Below are positions 38,613-52,374 of a stretch of 57,745 nucleotides of DNA, piece after piece. Origin of the DNA: Octopus bimaculoides (lineage: Eukaryota); contig NC_068997.1 in NCBI RefSeq assembly GCF_001194135.2, positions 34,308,298-34,366,042 on the forward strand. Direction: 5' to 3'. Below the pieces are notes generated by a model. The model did not search any database. It was not told the DNA's origin and saw only the letters and a program-made list of their open reading frames with translations. The position numbers and the translations under genes were made by a program. Positions within the stretch are counted from its first letter, which is position 1. Every line of letters starts with the position of its first letter.

Positions 38613-38668
38613 GGTGTCCCAGCATGGCCACAGCTCATGAGCTGAAACTAGATAAAATGAAATGAAAT
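38609..38668 (+). mobile_element. SINE family B-related short tail
   Basis: ggcggtgtcccagcatggccacagctc..gctgaaactagataaaatgaaatgaaat. Confidence 0.6.
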
Positions 38669-38769
38669 ATATATTTGTTTATTTCTTATGAGCAGAATCG
38701 GCAAACAATTTTTTATAAACATGTTTTTCGGTCATTTTGTGATGAACAATGATGAAATTGTTGACGCCA

Positions 38770-39320
38770 AGAACATGTAGAAAGGCAGCTTAGATTAGGC
38801 GACAAACGTTGAAACATCTCCATGTAGAATGTGGAGGAGTTCATAGATAACTCTATCAATGTCTTCATTCCGAGGTACTAAAATAGCTCTCTCTGTGAAT
38901 CATGCTGTTTTTGAAGTTATCTTGCAATGAGGCAAATACCTTTTCTTTAAGCTCGGCCAATGTAGACACCCTGTGCCCACATTGCAGTACATGCTGTTGC
39001 AGGGTTTTATTCAACGGTAAAGCGCCATTTCCAATTAGTAGAAGTTGATGAAAGAATTCCTCCACAGAGGTGAAAACGTCAGACACACATAGATGTCGCC
39101 AGCTCGCGTATCCCGTGGTATGACTGGTAATATTTAACAGAAATCCCCTGCGAGGACAACAGNNNNNNNNNNGTGCATTTATCACAGAAAATATGTGTAG
39201 TTTAGAGAAGAACTTCCGCCGTCGGCGATCGTTTTCAAATATTACACATTTGGGCATCGCTGAAGTGAGTTTTCTTGGGCACGAATAGAGGCAGTTTTCT
39301 TTGCAGCCCTTGTTTATGGA
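38770..39320 (-). pseudogene. Helitron PIF1-like helicase fragment
   Basis: Frameshifted minus translation: KLPL..MCNI*KRSPTAEVLL, VVLAGDFC*ILPVIPRDTRA, QLLLIGNGALP, ERAILVPRNEDIDRV. These are Helitron helicase motifs in the correct order. Confidence 0.8.
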
Positions 39321-40221
39321 GATAAATGACAATGTTTTCGTTTCGGTGGCATGGCTGAAAAGAGCGAACGATTAAAGAAAAATGTAAGATGGAAGACATA
39401 GCAATTTGAAGTTATGCATTGTATAATTTGATTTTTTAGTAACGAATGAAAAGATGTGGAAAAATACATATGTCAATTTGTATACCGCTATTTTGAGAAG
39501 AAGCGGTAAACTGTGAATGATTTGGCTGTGTTATGTCTTGATAAGCGTAATGCATTCTGTTAGCCGATATATAGTGGAGTGGATTACTGGTGCAATGGAA
39601 GTTATTGTTTGCCCAGAAGGGAAGTGGGGGAGGTGCAATTTGCATGAAAGTGATTTATGTTCTTAAGAAGGATCACAAACTATGTACTGTTTCATGGCAT
39701 AAATAGGGGTTAATATGATTTTGGCCAGAAATCTTGTTTTCAAAATTATAATCTCCCCCCTCCCCGCCGAAATTTCCTAATTTTTAACTGTTTTTCGCAT
39801 TTTGTTTTTATGCACGAAGAAATATACAGAGATTACGAATGTGGGAAATATAATTTGTTTTTGAAAATTTAATTTTTCTGAAAGAGATACCTAATGCCCC
39901 TTCACCCACCTCGGCCACATATCAGCTACCCGCTTTCGCGCGAAATGCAAATCTCCTGTATAGAAAACATAGAGATGTGAGTAAATTGAGGGAAGAAATA
40001 AGCGTGGGTGTTTGAGGGGGTACGAAAATATCATCACAGACATGCTAGAAACAACAGGTAAAGGAAGGGTTTCTAAGATAACTTCCTTGTAGGTTTAAAT
40101 GGAAGATCAGGTTTTGAAATACGCTCCTCACAAGCAAGAATGACAGAAAAGAGAAAGGTGATTTCCATAGGATTTGAGCTGTAATTTAGCGGACAGCAAA
40201 AAATAACATAATTCATACAGA

Positions 40222-40325
<104 letters not shown>

Positions 40326-41038
40326 CGTGTGTGTGGGTGTGTGTGTGTGCCAAAAGAAGTTATTTTTGCATATCTTTCTTAATTCCAAAAGAAGGAAATG
40401 TAGTGAAGTTGTAATATGTTAACAGCAGAAGGCCTCCATACATTACAATGAGAAATTGAAAGAGAAAGATAATGCCTAATTCTATTGCACGCGTGAAACA
40501 TGGAACGAAAGTGAAAATGACCTTAAAATTGTACAACGTGACCTCATATTCTGGGACCCTGAACGTCTCCTTCTCTCCGTCTTTCAACTTCTCCTACAGA
40601 AGCTTGTTTTCTGTCTCTGTTTCTTTCTCTTGTCTCTCTATCTTTTTTCTCATACTGCGTTTCACTCTGTCATTCCGTAAAATAAGATGTATGTACGTGT
40701 ATATGAAATGGACGTCTGTATGCGTGCGAGAGAGAGAGATAGAATGAGTGAGTGAAGGTGTGTGTTGTAATGATGTCTTTTAAGGTACACACTCGTATAG
40801 AAAATGTGACGTCATCATCGTCGTCGTCGTATAAAATGCTTACGATAGTTGAGTTATGAAAAAGATTATAATTTAAAATTTTTGTAATGGAAATATCTTT
40901 AGTTGGTAGCAGAAACAGTACTGTATCTTTTGATACCCCATACATCAAAATCGGCAACTCGGTTTTGGAATGCATAAGTAACATACGCACATACACACAC
41001 ATACAAACTCTCTCTTATATATACATATATATGTTATA

Positions 41039-42237
41039 TTGGGTTGGCAACTAAGTTCCCGCCGTTTTTTTTTAAAGTTTGGAATTAATTGCGCTTTTAA
41101 ATTTTGGAATCTATTTTTTTTTGAGAATTCTATTTTTGGATCTATCTTTTTTCTAGTTAATTTTAGTTAATTTTTGTTTATTTTTAGATCATTAAAAAGG
41201 AATGTCAAATTAAGAAAAACCCTCCTTCTTTTTCCTTTAAATTAAGGTTCTAAGACTGCAAAAGCTGCTCGCGACATTTGTGCTGTGTATGGAGAGTGTG
41301 CCATAGCTGAAAGAACCGCTCGTGATTGGTATACCAAGTCCAAAAATGGAAATTTTGACCTCAAAGACGCACCTCGTTCTGGCCGCCCAGTTGAGTTCGA
41401 TCAAGAGCGATTAAACCAACTTTTGCTCGAACATTCTTGTCACACAAGGGAACTGGCAGAGAAAATGGAATGCGCCCACACTGCTATAGAGAAGCATCTT
41501 CACTCGATAGGAAAGGTTCAGAAGTATGGAGCATGGGTTCCGCATGCTTTAAGTGACAACAACAAAAATCAACGAGCCACAATCTCCGCTGGTTTGCTTG
41601 CTCGTCAACGCTCAACTCATGGACACAAGCAATGATTTCTTTGCGAATCGTTACTGGCGACAAAAAATGGTGCCTGTACATAAATATGAAGCAGTGAAAG
41701 GAATGGCTTAGCCTCGGTAAACAAGCGACACCGCGCGTGAAACAAGATTTTCATCCGCGTAAAACGATGTGCGTATGCTGGGACTGGAAAGGGATTATCC
41801 ATTACGAATTGCTTGAACAGAACCAAATGGTCAACGCAGAACTCCATGTTCAACAGATGGAACGACTCAACACGGCTATTCAATAGAAAGGTCCTAATCG
41901 TCAGCATGGAGTTCTGCTGCACGACAACGCCCACCCTCATATCGCCAATATGACCAACGAAGTCATTCAAACGCATGGCTGGGAAATGCTGCCACACCCG
42001 CCGTACTCTCCTGATTTGGCACCAACGGATTTCCACCTCTTTCGATCTCTTTCAAATGTTATGCACGGAGTTTCGTTCAATACTGATGCAGAATTGAGAG
42101 ATTGGTTGGATCAGTTTTTCGAGTCGAAATCGGGTGATTTCTACCAACGCGGTATTGACAATCTTGTTGAACGATGGGAAGAAATTGTAAACAAGTGTGA
42201 ATACATTGTTGATTAATTAGATTAATTGCCAACCTAA
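41039..42237 (+). mobile_element. Mariner (D,D34D) transposon with both TIRs, pseudogenised
   Basis: TA TSDs 41037-38 and 42238-39. TIRs TTGGGTTGGCAACTAA / TTAATTGCCAACCTAA. Motifs PRSGRP, WVPHAL, VTGDKKW, HDNA-(34 aa)-D, YSPDLAPTDF. Several stops and frameshifts. Confidence 0.95.
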
Positions 42238-42866
42238 TANNNNNNNNNNNNNNNNNNNNNNNNNNNNNNNNNNNNNNNNNNNNNNNNNNNNNNNNNNNNN
42301 NNNNNNNNNNNNNNNNNNNNNNNNNNNNNNNNNNNNNNNNNNNNNNNNNNNNNNNNNNNNNGACGATATCGCACGAGGAGTTTTTAGGCGGGCAATTTAA
42401 ACTAGTCGTGTGCATACGTGCATATATATGTATGTATACGTTCGTATATGTAAGTATATCGTATGTTGTATATATATATATATTTGTATTTATGTGCTTT
42501 TCTGTGTATATTCCACTGATGAGGCAAAACGTTTCTTATGCAGACCCAGAAATTTGGGATCTGGAATAATCCAGTAATTTTTGCTAGTTTATTTTGTCTC
42601 TTCGTCTTCTCTCCTGGTGCTATATGAACATTTATTGTGGTTTTAGAGTCAAGCTTTGATTGCTATTTCCAGCTGGGTGGTATCTCTTAGATACTCTAAA
42701 TTATAATTTTAAATAATTATTACCTTTGATGGTTTTTATTCCCATGCTGGCCACTTGATAAAATCGATATTTTAAATATTGATCTTATCCTCATTTATAT
42801 AAATATATATACTAGTATGAAGTATGAAGAATATATATGAAGTAAAAGCAGCTCTAGTATAATAAC

Positions 42867-43275
42867 TATTGTTAAATACATATATTAATATATATGCTTT
42901 ATGTATTTTCCGGTGGCTGCAATTGCGTTGCAGAGTATATAACTCTCATGTCGCCGGTGTTATAGCACCTTAGAGCCATAGACAGGCGAGATAACTCACC
43001 CCCAATCCCATTTGGGAGTGACAGTTATATAAATCGTTGGACTGGCTAGCTGACTCGCCTTCAACCCAGGCGGGTATGTGGTGTTGATAAGCCACGAAAA
43101 TAGAGAAATATCGATGTCCATCATTCCCAAATGGAATTGAGGGTAAGTTATCCCGCTTCTCCATTGCTCGAAGGTGTTTTAAAACACCAGCAACATGAGT
43201 TATATACTTCGCTAAACCATTGCAGCCACCGGAAAATACACAAAGCATTTACATTAGTATATGTATTTAACAATA
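42867..43275. mobile_element. 409-bp MITE with about 160-bp TIRs and TA termini
   Basis: Left tattgttaaatacatat..gtattttccggtggctgcaat..gtatataact..catttggga mirrors the right arm. Non-coding centre. Confidence 0.85.
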
Positions 43276-43279
43276 CACA

Positions 43280-43377
<98 letters not shown>

Positions 43378-45106
43378 TATATATATATATCTTCAAAGAG
43401 GATTTGTGTCCTTTTGTGCTTCTTAATTGCCAATTGTACTTCTGTCTTTTTGTCCCTGACCTCTCAGCTGACTATTCAATCCTGCTGAAGATGTGTATGG
43501 TTTTCAACTGGTTAGGTCTGCATACATCGCAAACTTAACTTTTCAATCCCTACAGAATGACGATTGGGCTAACTATAAAGTGATAAGCGTTTGTCCAACA
43601 TGCGTACCAACTTCTGAGTTTTCACGATTAGTACCTAGTGATGAAGTCGAAGCGGGATGACCAATAATGACGTGAAACTGCAGGTCATACTTCGGAGAGT
43701 ACTTCTCCAAAGAGGATACAGTGACAGTATGATTGTAGGTGTGTATGAGTCAACCGACTGAAGTGGAAATCAAGGGATTGTTTTGAAACTCTAGTAACAA
43801 CATGCTTGGAAATACTTTATATGTAGATATTTGTTTTTATGTTGGTAAAACTCGGATTTATTTTGAGCGATATCCAACTTGCTGTCTGCGATTCGATGTC
43901 AAGAAGTTAGGTGACTGTTGCAGAAAGGCCTGGATATAGAGGAAAGGCGATATTTTAGCTTCTGTAGATCAGTTGGTGATTGAAAATGAACTGTGTCCAT
44001 GGTAATTTGTGCCTCGGAGGATTGGGCAAGCAGGTTTCTTTACGTGCCTGAAATCTTTTATGGGGATTGGATAGGTTTGCCAAGCATTGAAAGTAATAAA
44101 AGTAAGCTATTTAGGAGGGGTAGCTCTAGAAGAGTGTTTCTAAACGTGTTATGAAAGATACATATACTGAATATCTCCTAAAGAATATTGGGGATACTTA
44201 CTTAGATATGAAAGAAGTTTGAATTAGGTTATCTGGAAAGAGAACGAAAGAAAAAAACTCAAGTATGTTATGATGGTAAGATAAGATCATTGCAACTGAA
44301 TCTGTTTGGATCTTTTTCCTGTCTTTCATCAATTTATTCATTAATTCAGACTCCCATTTTCCTTTCTTTTAATTCTTCCAAACTTTCTATCAATATTTAC
44401 ACGTTTTCTATAACACTTCCTTCTTTCCTTCTTTCAGTTTGAGCTTCTCTGCATCCTTCAATTAAACTTTTTTCTTCTTTTTTTCATTATTTTTTCCTTT
44501 AATTCATTTCTCCTCGTCTTCCTTTTCATCCTTTCCACTCATCCGTCTTCAATTTCATTTCTTCCTTTTCTCTTCAAATATTTGTTTCGCTTATTCTTCA
44601 TTTTCTTTTATTTTTATTATCTTTTCTTATTTTTCACTCTTTATTTGTTTCTTTGTTTTTCTTTGTATTTTATTTGTTTGTTTCTATATTTCTTTCTTTC
44701 TCTCTTTCATATTCAACGTAACAAATTAGGTTGCAATACGTTTGAGGCTCAGTTTTCAAGCCCTCGTGAGATATTGTTTTTACTGAATAGAATGCTAGTC
44801 TGTCGCTATATATGGTTATGGAAGGATTTCAGGTTAATCAAAGACTTACTCTAGGGTACATGTGGTATCTATTTATAGAGTTTTGCAAAGATGATAGTTT
44901 TAAATAAATTTACAGTAATGTTTCTGGGAAGTAATTCGTATCCCGTTGTCGGCCGAGATGTGCCTTGAACAAGACAACTAACACTAATTCTTAACGTTTC
45001 ATATGTGTAAGATATATCTTCAGTGCGCATGCACAGAAGAGCTTTGACGTATAAGAATATCTTTATAAAAATCCTAATCTCTTCACTACCTCTTGCTCAT
45101 CTGTTT

Positions 45107-45164
45107 GGGATACAGGATGTACTGTTTCATTTGCTGGGATACACGATGTACTGTTTCATTTGCT
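45107..45164. repeat. 29-bp tandem duplication
   Basis: gggataca(g/c)gatgtactgtttcatttgct x2. Confidence 0.9.
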
Positions 45165-45293
45165 AATACAGTGCGATTACCCATTAAGGTTTCATTGTAC
45201 CTCCTCTGTCATTGCTAGCTCATATTTCTATACTTCATCATATTAACTGACAATTTCTTGTTATGGGATTCACTGTAGAGGCACAATGGTCCA

Positions 45294-45676
45294 GTGGAGG
45301 CGCAATGGCCCAGCAGTTAGGGCAGCGGACTCGCGGTCGTAGCATCGCGGTTTCGATTCCCAGACCGGGCGTTGAAAGTGTTTATTGAGCGAAAACATCT
45401 AAAGCTCCACCAGGCTCCGACAAGGGAAGGTGGCGAACCCTACTCTACTCTTTCACCACAATTTTCTCTCACTCTTACTTCCTGTTTCTGTTGTACCTGT
45501 ATTTCAAAGGGCCAGCCTTGTCACACTCTGTGTCACGCTGAATCGCCCAGAGAACTACGTTAAAGGCACACGTGTCTGTGGAGTGCCCAGCCACTTTCAC
45601 GTTAATTTCACGAGCAAACTATTCCGTTGATCGGATCAACTGGAACCCTCGTCGTCGTAACCGACGGAGTGCCACG
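45294..45676 (+). mobile_element. Full-length tRNA-derived SINE family C, with a 19-bp duplicated head at 45278-45296
   Basis: A/B boxes present; colinear with the minus copy at 14966-15347. Confidence 0.9.
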
Positions 45677-46569
45677 ATGAGATTCATTATGATGTACCCT
45701 AGAAGCATGTATTTGATGGTAGGTAATCCTAATCTTGAAACCACAAGATTTGATTGACTGTATGTGTAAGTAAGAAGTGGTACTATGTCATGCAAGGTTT
45801 GTCGTTTGTGTCGCCTTTCATCATGTTTGTCTTCTATTCTTACAACTGCTGCATGTTTGATTGGCAACCCCCCCCACCAGATATTATATTTGATAACACC
45901 ATTTTTCAAATATTTGATTTTAATGTGGTACATCTTCAGGAAACTTTCAACTGAATCGGGAAGCACTTCTTTTGAATTCTTACCAGTTACTGAGCTGTGA
46001 ATCTTTTTTGAAAGCGTTTGTAACTCTGAAGTACTTCATTATTCGCTATGATTGGTATGGCTGATCTCATAGTTGTTGAGAGTAAACATTAATATTTGTA
46101 TGCATATGTGAAAACGCTACTTCGTTGCCTGCCGGATATAAGCGCTTTGGATCTTATCTTGTAATTTCCAATCAGCATTGTTGTTCTATGAAAGACAATG
46201 ACCGGATAATTTATAGGTGAAACTATTGCTAGTGTGTTATGGTTAAGAATGAAATCAAGCAAAATAAAGACAAGTATTTCACTGATAACCTATGTCTGTC
46301 AGAGAAATCATCCTCAACTGCAAAGGTGATTCTAAATTACATCTCTTCCAGATGTAGGCCATAAGAGCGCAGCCCATCACCATAGGACCTTTCCCTAGAA
46401 ATATTTGCAATTGTTGAAAGCTTCTTGTATTTAAAATCATCATCGCTACAAAACTCTGTAAATTTCCATAACTATGATCTAGTTGATAACATCAGTTAAA
46501 GGGGTAATGCGAGCGTAAACCACTCTCAAACCGCCACACACTTGGATAGGCTCCACAAATGCCCACTTT

Positions 46570-47240
46570 AAAGATTACCATTCAAGTGACGAAAATATCC
46601 ATGGTAGGCTAGGATATTGATTTTAACACTTTTTCTGGAATCGCTATTACCCATATCGAAGCTACAAAGTTATTCTAAACGTACATCTGTATTGCGCAAC
46701 ATCCCCGAAATTTTAGGAAACAGATTTTTGCTCTTGATCTCGCTGATGTGTTCTCCTGCAGAAGTTGGTTAATTAATTCTACGATTCTCGTGCAACAGTA
46801 TTGTCAGTATTTGAAAAATTAGATATTGTTTTAAAAGAGTGCACCTTAGAAAGGTTGACGGAAATTTTAGTACTTGGCAAGTAGAAGCTGAAATACCAAG
46901 GTACTGAAATTAGTGCATGTGGTATCAATACTGTCCATTATTGGACATAAGACTCGAATGCCTATCTTACTTTTAAGATATTCGTTAATGTTGAATAAAG
47001 TTTAACCATATCTACCACCCGAATATTGGAATAACATCTGTGTATTTTAGGCGACTTCTACACATAATTGTGTCCCCCCACCCATTCAACAACTAGAGGC
47101 TCAACACAAGGCAGTTTCACCTCGTTTGGTTTGAGAAATCCGAGGCCAAGAATGATTTTTCGAGAATTGTGTAGGAAAATACTGATTGAGTAGGGTTTCA
47201 AAATACCTGTCATACACAGCTTATACAAATCCCACAGACA
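46570..47240 (+). mobile_element. Possible highly decayed Gypsy-like RT remnant
   Basis: Weak: FEKLDIVLKECTLE..EILVLG..EISACGI resembles post-YxDD Gypsy RT. No intact motif. Confidence 0.25.
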
Positions 47241-47739
47241 AGTGTTAATGTTCGAGGCTACTGCCTAATATTTCTGCGGTAAGATTCTAGATGCAACATT
47301 GTTATCATGTGTATCTTATACATTTATCTCGTAATAAGTTCATGTTTTCAAGTCAGTTTCGGTCCTTTCTAAATTTGTAATCAATAAAGTGGATCATAGA
47401 TCACTGAGCTAATTGAGGCCAATTTTCTAATCTAGCGAGTCTTTCGGACATAGAAGAGACTCATTCGCAATTATTTTGCTTTCAGTAACATACACACTCT
47501 CGATAAATCATTTATGACCTCAGATTTATCAAAACAAAGTGAAACTGCTTTTTTTACTGAGCCTCTAGTTGTTGAACACATTTGTGGCCTTGGTAATTTA
47601 CATAATTTTCTCAATGATGAACTATGAGAAATTACTCAGAGTGGCTAGAGGAATGTAGTCAAATAACGTACACAAACAATGATATATCAACTACCGTACA
47701 ATGTAAATTCTTGATTCATAAAACTTATCTCCGTCCCTA

Positions 47740-48230
47740 AAGAATGTGACATAATTACGAAATGGCAATTAAAGGCCAACTCCATTTGAAAATTCTCTAG
47801 AAAAAGACGGGGTTTACCCATACATTACTACCATAATAGTGTAAGGGCCTACCATGTTGAGATTTTGCGAAAGAAGTAGATTGGATATGAAGTTCAGTGG
47901 AACACCTTCCGTGTTCACCATACTTAAAGTATGGAGATACTTATAAGATTAACTTTACGGTACAAAATTGAAAACAATCGACGAACTGAGAACAGACATT
48001 GAACGAAAATGTACACAAGTACCCAACGAAATGTTTCACGATGTTTGCGATTCCATTGCTTCGAGTAATCGACAGCATCTGGACCAGAACGGTCATTATT
48101 TTGAAAACAGGCTTCATAAAAAATCTGAATTCCGTCTGTAGACTCTATTAAATTTTTTGAAATAAAATATATTTTAATAAACTCTAACTTTATAATCATT
48201 CGATGAGTGTATATATTTTTGGGACAGCTA
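47740..48230 (+). mobile_element. Tc1/mariner-superfamily (maT/DD37D-like) 3' remnant
   Basis: KTIDELRTDIERKCTQVPNEMFHDVCDSIASSNRQHLDQNGHYFENR typical of the C-terminus. Upstream degenerate QDG..HY..VRAYL / PCSP. TIR-like gtgtatatatttttgggaca. Confidence 0.6.
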
Positions 48231-49947
48231 CTTTCACCTCTGTATTGTATATGCCTAAGTACTTTCGTTACTGGAGAAAGGGTCAGACAAGTGACCTGCT
48301 GATGAAAGCTACTGAGCCAGAATCATGTGTCTATGACTCTTCTCTCATCCCAGACAATAAACTTGTCGTTTTCCTTTGAAGAATTCTTTAATTTAGAGAT
48401 ACTCTCTCCTTCTCAAGTGGGGCTAGTCTTAATTACATAATGGTAATTATGACACATCCTATTTAGGTGGATATAATTTTGATAAGAAGTTTTCTTGTAC
48501 AGTATTTGTCTGTATATTTATGAGTGTGTATGTGTGTGTGCGCGCGCATGTGCATGTGACTGTCCCACAATTTCTTGATTTCTTCATCTACAGTGTCATT
48601 TGTTTTTGTCTTTATTTGCTTTTTATGTGATGCTGAAGTGACATACATTGATATATAATTGACAAAGATGACGGCGTTGACGACGACAACCAAGAGGAGG
48701 AGGATAGCACAAAAGTGGTAAATTGGAAGATGTTACTGTCCACAGTTTCTGCGGTATCACTCGGTAACACAAAGAAGATCAAACATCATCACGTCAGCTG
48801 TTGATTTTCACCACCATCTAAACAACGCACACCTTCATCACCTTTACTGTTTTCGCTTCATCGCCTTCATATTATTAGTCACTTATTCTGTTTTAATCAT
48901 CACCATCATAATGCTGGTGATCATCGTCAAGTCTTTTCTTGGCTTTTTTGTCGCCGTTCACATTTCCATCTTTTTTTTTTTTTTCGTCTCTCTACTTCTC
49001 ATTCCCCACGTCTGCTTTGCAAGATCTACTTCTTTTCCACTCTTCCGTATCACCTTCCAACTCCTTTTACCCTCCCACTTCACAAATAATCACATTGTAC
49101 AGGACAGTTGTAAAATACAGGTGTGTTATTAAAATTAAATGACTATCATTACTGTAAAAATATTAACGACAGCATAGCAACACATGTACTACAGATTCTA
49201 ATAGTACAACTGTTGTTGTTGTCGTTGTTATTGTCATTGTTATTGTAGTTGTTGTCACCGTTGTTCTACTGATAGTAATGATGATGATATTAGAAGATTG
49301 AAGTGTGATGGTGGTAGAGGGGAGTTATTTGAGGCACGACAAGGTGGTGCTACATAATGTGATGATAGTGGTAGAGCTATGATATTGTAGTGATGGTATT
49401 GTGGTGGTGGTGGTGGTGGTGGCGGTGGTGGCGGCAGCTGGGCTAGTAGTGGTAGCGGTGGTGATAATGTCAGCAGCATTGTTAATGGTAATGTTATGAT
49501 GTTTATCACCAGTAAAGAAAGAAGTCGTTAAAACGTTCTGTCTGCTGAGAATTGCATGGGATAGTTAGCCATGCCAAACTGGACAATACCTTTTGGAGTC
49601 TCTAAAGAAAGAGTTGAAGTGTCACACTTTCTCATCATTCGGCATTGTAGGTGCAGAATAGGATGACCACCTCAATAATAGATAAGAACAATCAACATTG
49701 TTATGTGTGTGTATGATGTGTATATGTATATGTATATGCTGGTATAAGCGAATGTGAATGTGTTTCTCTCCTATACATAGCTACATTTAAATCCGTCATA
49801 CATACATAAACACACACATATATATTATATATATCGTATACAGATGTACATATATCCATACATTATATATACATATATATATACCATATATATTATTTAT
49901 ATTATATATATATATATATATATATGTAAGTATATATATAATAAATA

Positions 49948-49980
<33 letters not shown>

Positions 49981-50500
49981 NNNNNNNNNNNNNNNNNNNN
50001 NNNNNNNNNNNNNNNNNNNNNNNNNNNNNNNNNNNNNNNNNNNNNNNNNNNNNNNNNNNNNNNNNNNNNNNNNNNNNNNNNNNNNNNNNNNNNNNNNNNN
50101 NNNNNNNNNNNNNNNNNNNNNNNNNNNNNNNNNNNNNNNNNNNNNNNNNNNNNNNNNNNNNNNNNNNNNNNNNNNNNNNNNNNNNNNNNNNNNNNNNNNN
50201 NNNNNNNNNNNNNNNNNNNNNNNNNNNNNNNNNNNNNNNNNNNNNNNNNNNNNNNNNNNNNNNNNNNNNNNNNNNNNNNNNNNNNNNNNNNNNNNNNNNN
50301 NNNNNNNNNNNNNNNNNNNNNNNNNNNNNNNNNNNNNNNNNNNNNNNNNNNNNNNNNNNNNNNNNNNNNNNNNNNNNNNNNNNNNNNNNNNNNNNNNNNN
50401 NNNNNNNNNNNNNNNNNNNNNNNNNNNNNNNNNNNNNNNNNNNNNNNNNNNNNNNNNNNNNNNNNNNNNNNNNNNNNNNNNNNNNNNNNNNNNNNNNNNN

Positions 50501-50572
<72 letters not shown>

Positions 50573-51104
50573 TGTGTCAACTAAATTACTAACTCATGAC
50601 TGGTGTCCACAAACAATAGGTAGGTTCGTTGACCCTACTCCAGTTATAAAAGTAACCCACTATTCCCTGTGCTTGGTCTTCCCCCACCGCACTCTCATGC
50701 CTGCAAGCCTCGCCTGACTGAGCAAAATCTGTGTAATCTCCTAAGATGGAATTAGACTAAGCTTACTCACCTAAACGGTCCATCACTGTCAATAATGAGC
50801 GTCTCGCAAAGTTGTCTTTTTTTTTCGCATTTAACTCACCTACTACCCCACCACATAAACACTAATACATATACTCATACACATATACACACCTGTATGT
50901 ATGTATATATGTATGTATGTATGCATGTATGTATGCATATATGCATGTACATAATATATATGTATGTGTGTATAAATGCATGTATGTATATACGAATATA
51001 TATATATGCATGTATGTAGGTAGGTATGCATGTATGTATGCATGTATGTATATACATGTATATATGTATATGCATGTAGTATGTATGTGTATGTATGTGT
51101 ATAC

Positions 51105-51147
<43 letters not shown>

Positions 51148-51410
51148 NNNNNNNNNNNNNNNNNNNNNNNNNNNNNNNNNNNNNNNNNNNNNNNNNNNNN
51201 NNNNNNNNNNNNNNNNNNNNNNNNNNNNNNNNNNNNNNNNNNNNNNNNNNNNNNNNNNNNNNNNNNNNNNNNNNNNNNNNNNNNNNNNNNNNNNNNNNNN
51301 NNNNNNNNNNNNNNNNNNNNNNNNNNNNNNNNNNNNNNNNNNNNNNNNNNNNNNNNNNNNNNNNNNNNNNNNNNNNNNNNNNNNNNNNNNNNNNNNNNNN
51401 NNNNNNNNNN

Positions 51411-51452
<42 letters not shown>

Positions 51453-51459
51453 GCATGTA

Positions 51460-51675
51460 TATGTTTGTGTGTCTGTGTTTGTTCCCGAATCATCGCATGA
51501 CAACCGATGTTGGTGTGTCTAAGTCCCCGTTACTTAGCAGTTCAGCAAAAGAGACCGATAGAATAAGTACGAGGCTTACAAAGAATAAGTCATAAGATCG
51601 ATTTGTTCGACTAAAGGCGGTGCTCCAGCATGGCTGCTGTGAAATGACTGAAACAAAAAGAAGAATAAAAGAATA
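51460..51675 (+). mobile_element. SINE family B 3' half
   Basis: gacaaccgatgttggtg..aagagaccgatagaataagtac..cgactaaaggcggtgctccagcatggc..gactgaaac plus (AAAGAAT)-like tail. Confidence 0.85.
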
Positions 51676-51964
51676 TGTGTAGATACCTCATGAGAAACAG
51701 TAATGGATGAATACCAACAAAACGCCAAAAAATAGAATGCAGTTAACCGATGATATCGTCTTCTTCTGGAAAGAAGGTTCTTGAATTTTCTACATTATTT
51801 TACTCCTAACTTATTCATTAGATTCCAAATATCGAGTCTATCCATTTGCAGCGTAGCAGTAACCGTAAATCTAATTATAATTAGCAAAATATACTCACAT
51901 GCGTACGTATATAAACATACGAAACACGCACGCGCACACATGTTATACATAGACATGCACACAC

Positions 51965-52042
<78 letters not shown>

Positions 52043-52374
52043 ACACTCACACACACATGCACACACTCTATAAATGCATACTCACCCGCACACTCATACA
52101 CGCGTGCATGTTGCAAAGATAATCTTTGTTAATTGAAATTTCCATTTCACTATATTTAATCTGAAGTCTCCCGTTGTTAAACGACGCAGGAGAGTTAGGC
52201 AATTTCTTGCCGAATGTGTGCTTTTGCTCGCTGTGTCACTGAGTTATTTGCTTGAGCCGCCTAAAATTCTTGTGTTTTTTGCTGGTTCTCTTAATTCAAC
52301 CCCGCTTAGTGGTTGACGTTTTGCGGAACCTAGAAGGTTCGCCCCATTGGGAGCAACTACCAACAATAGGTTTG

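Noticed and set aside
45294-45370. tRNA gene calls for SINE heads (also 15275-15347, 19770-19836, 35880-35946)
   Set aside because: A/B boxes are present but there is no full cloverleaf, and they continue into repeated SINE bodies.
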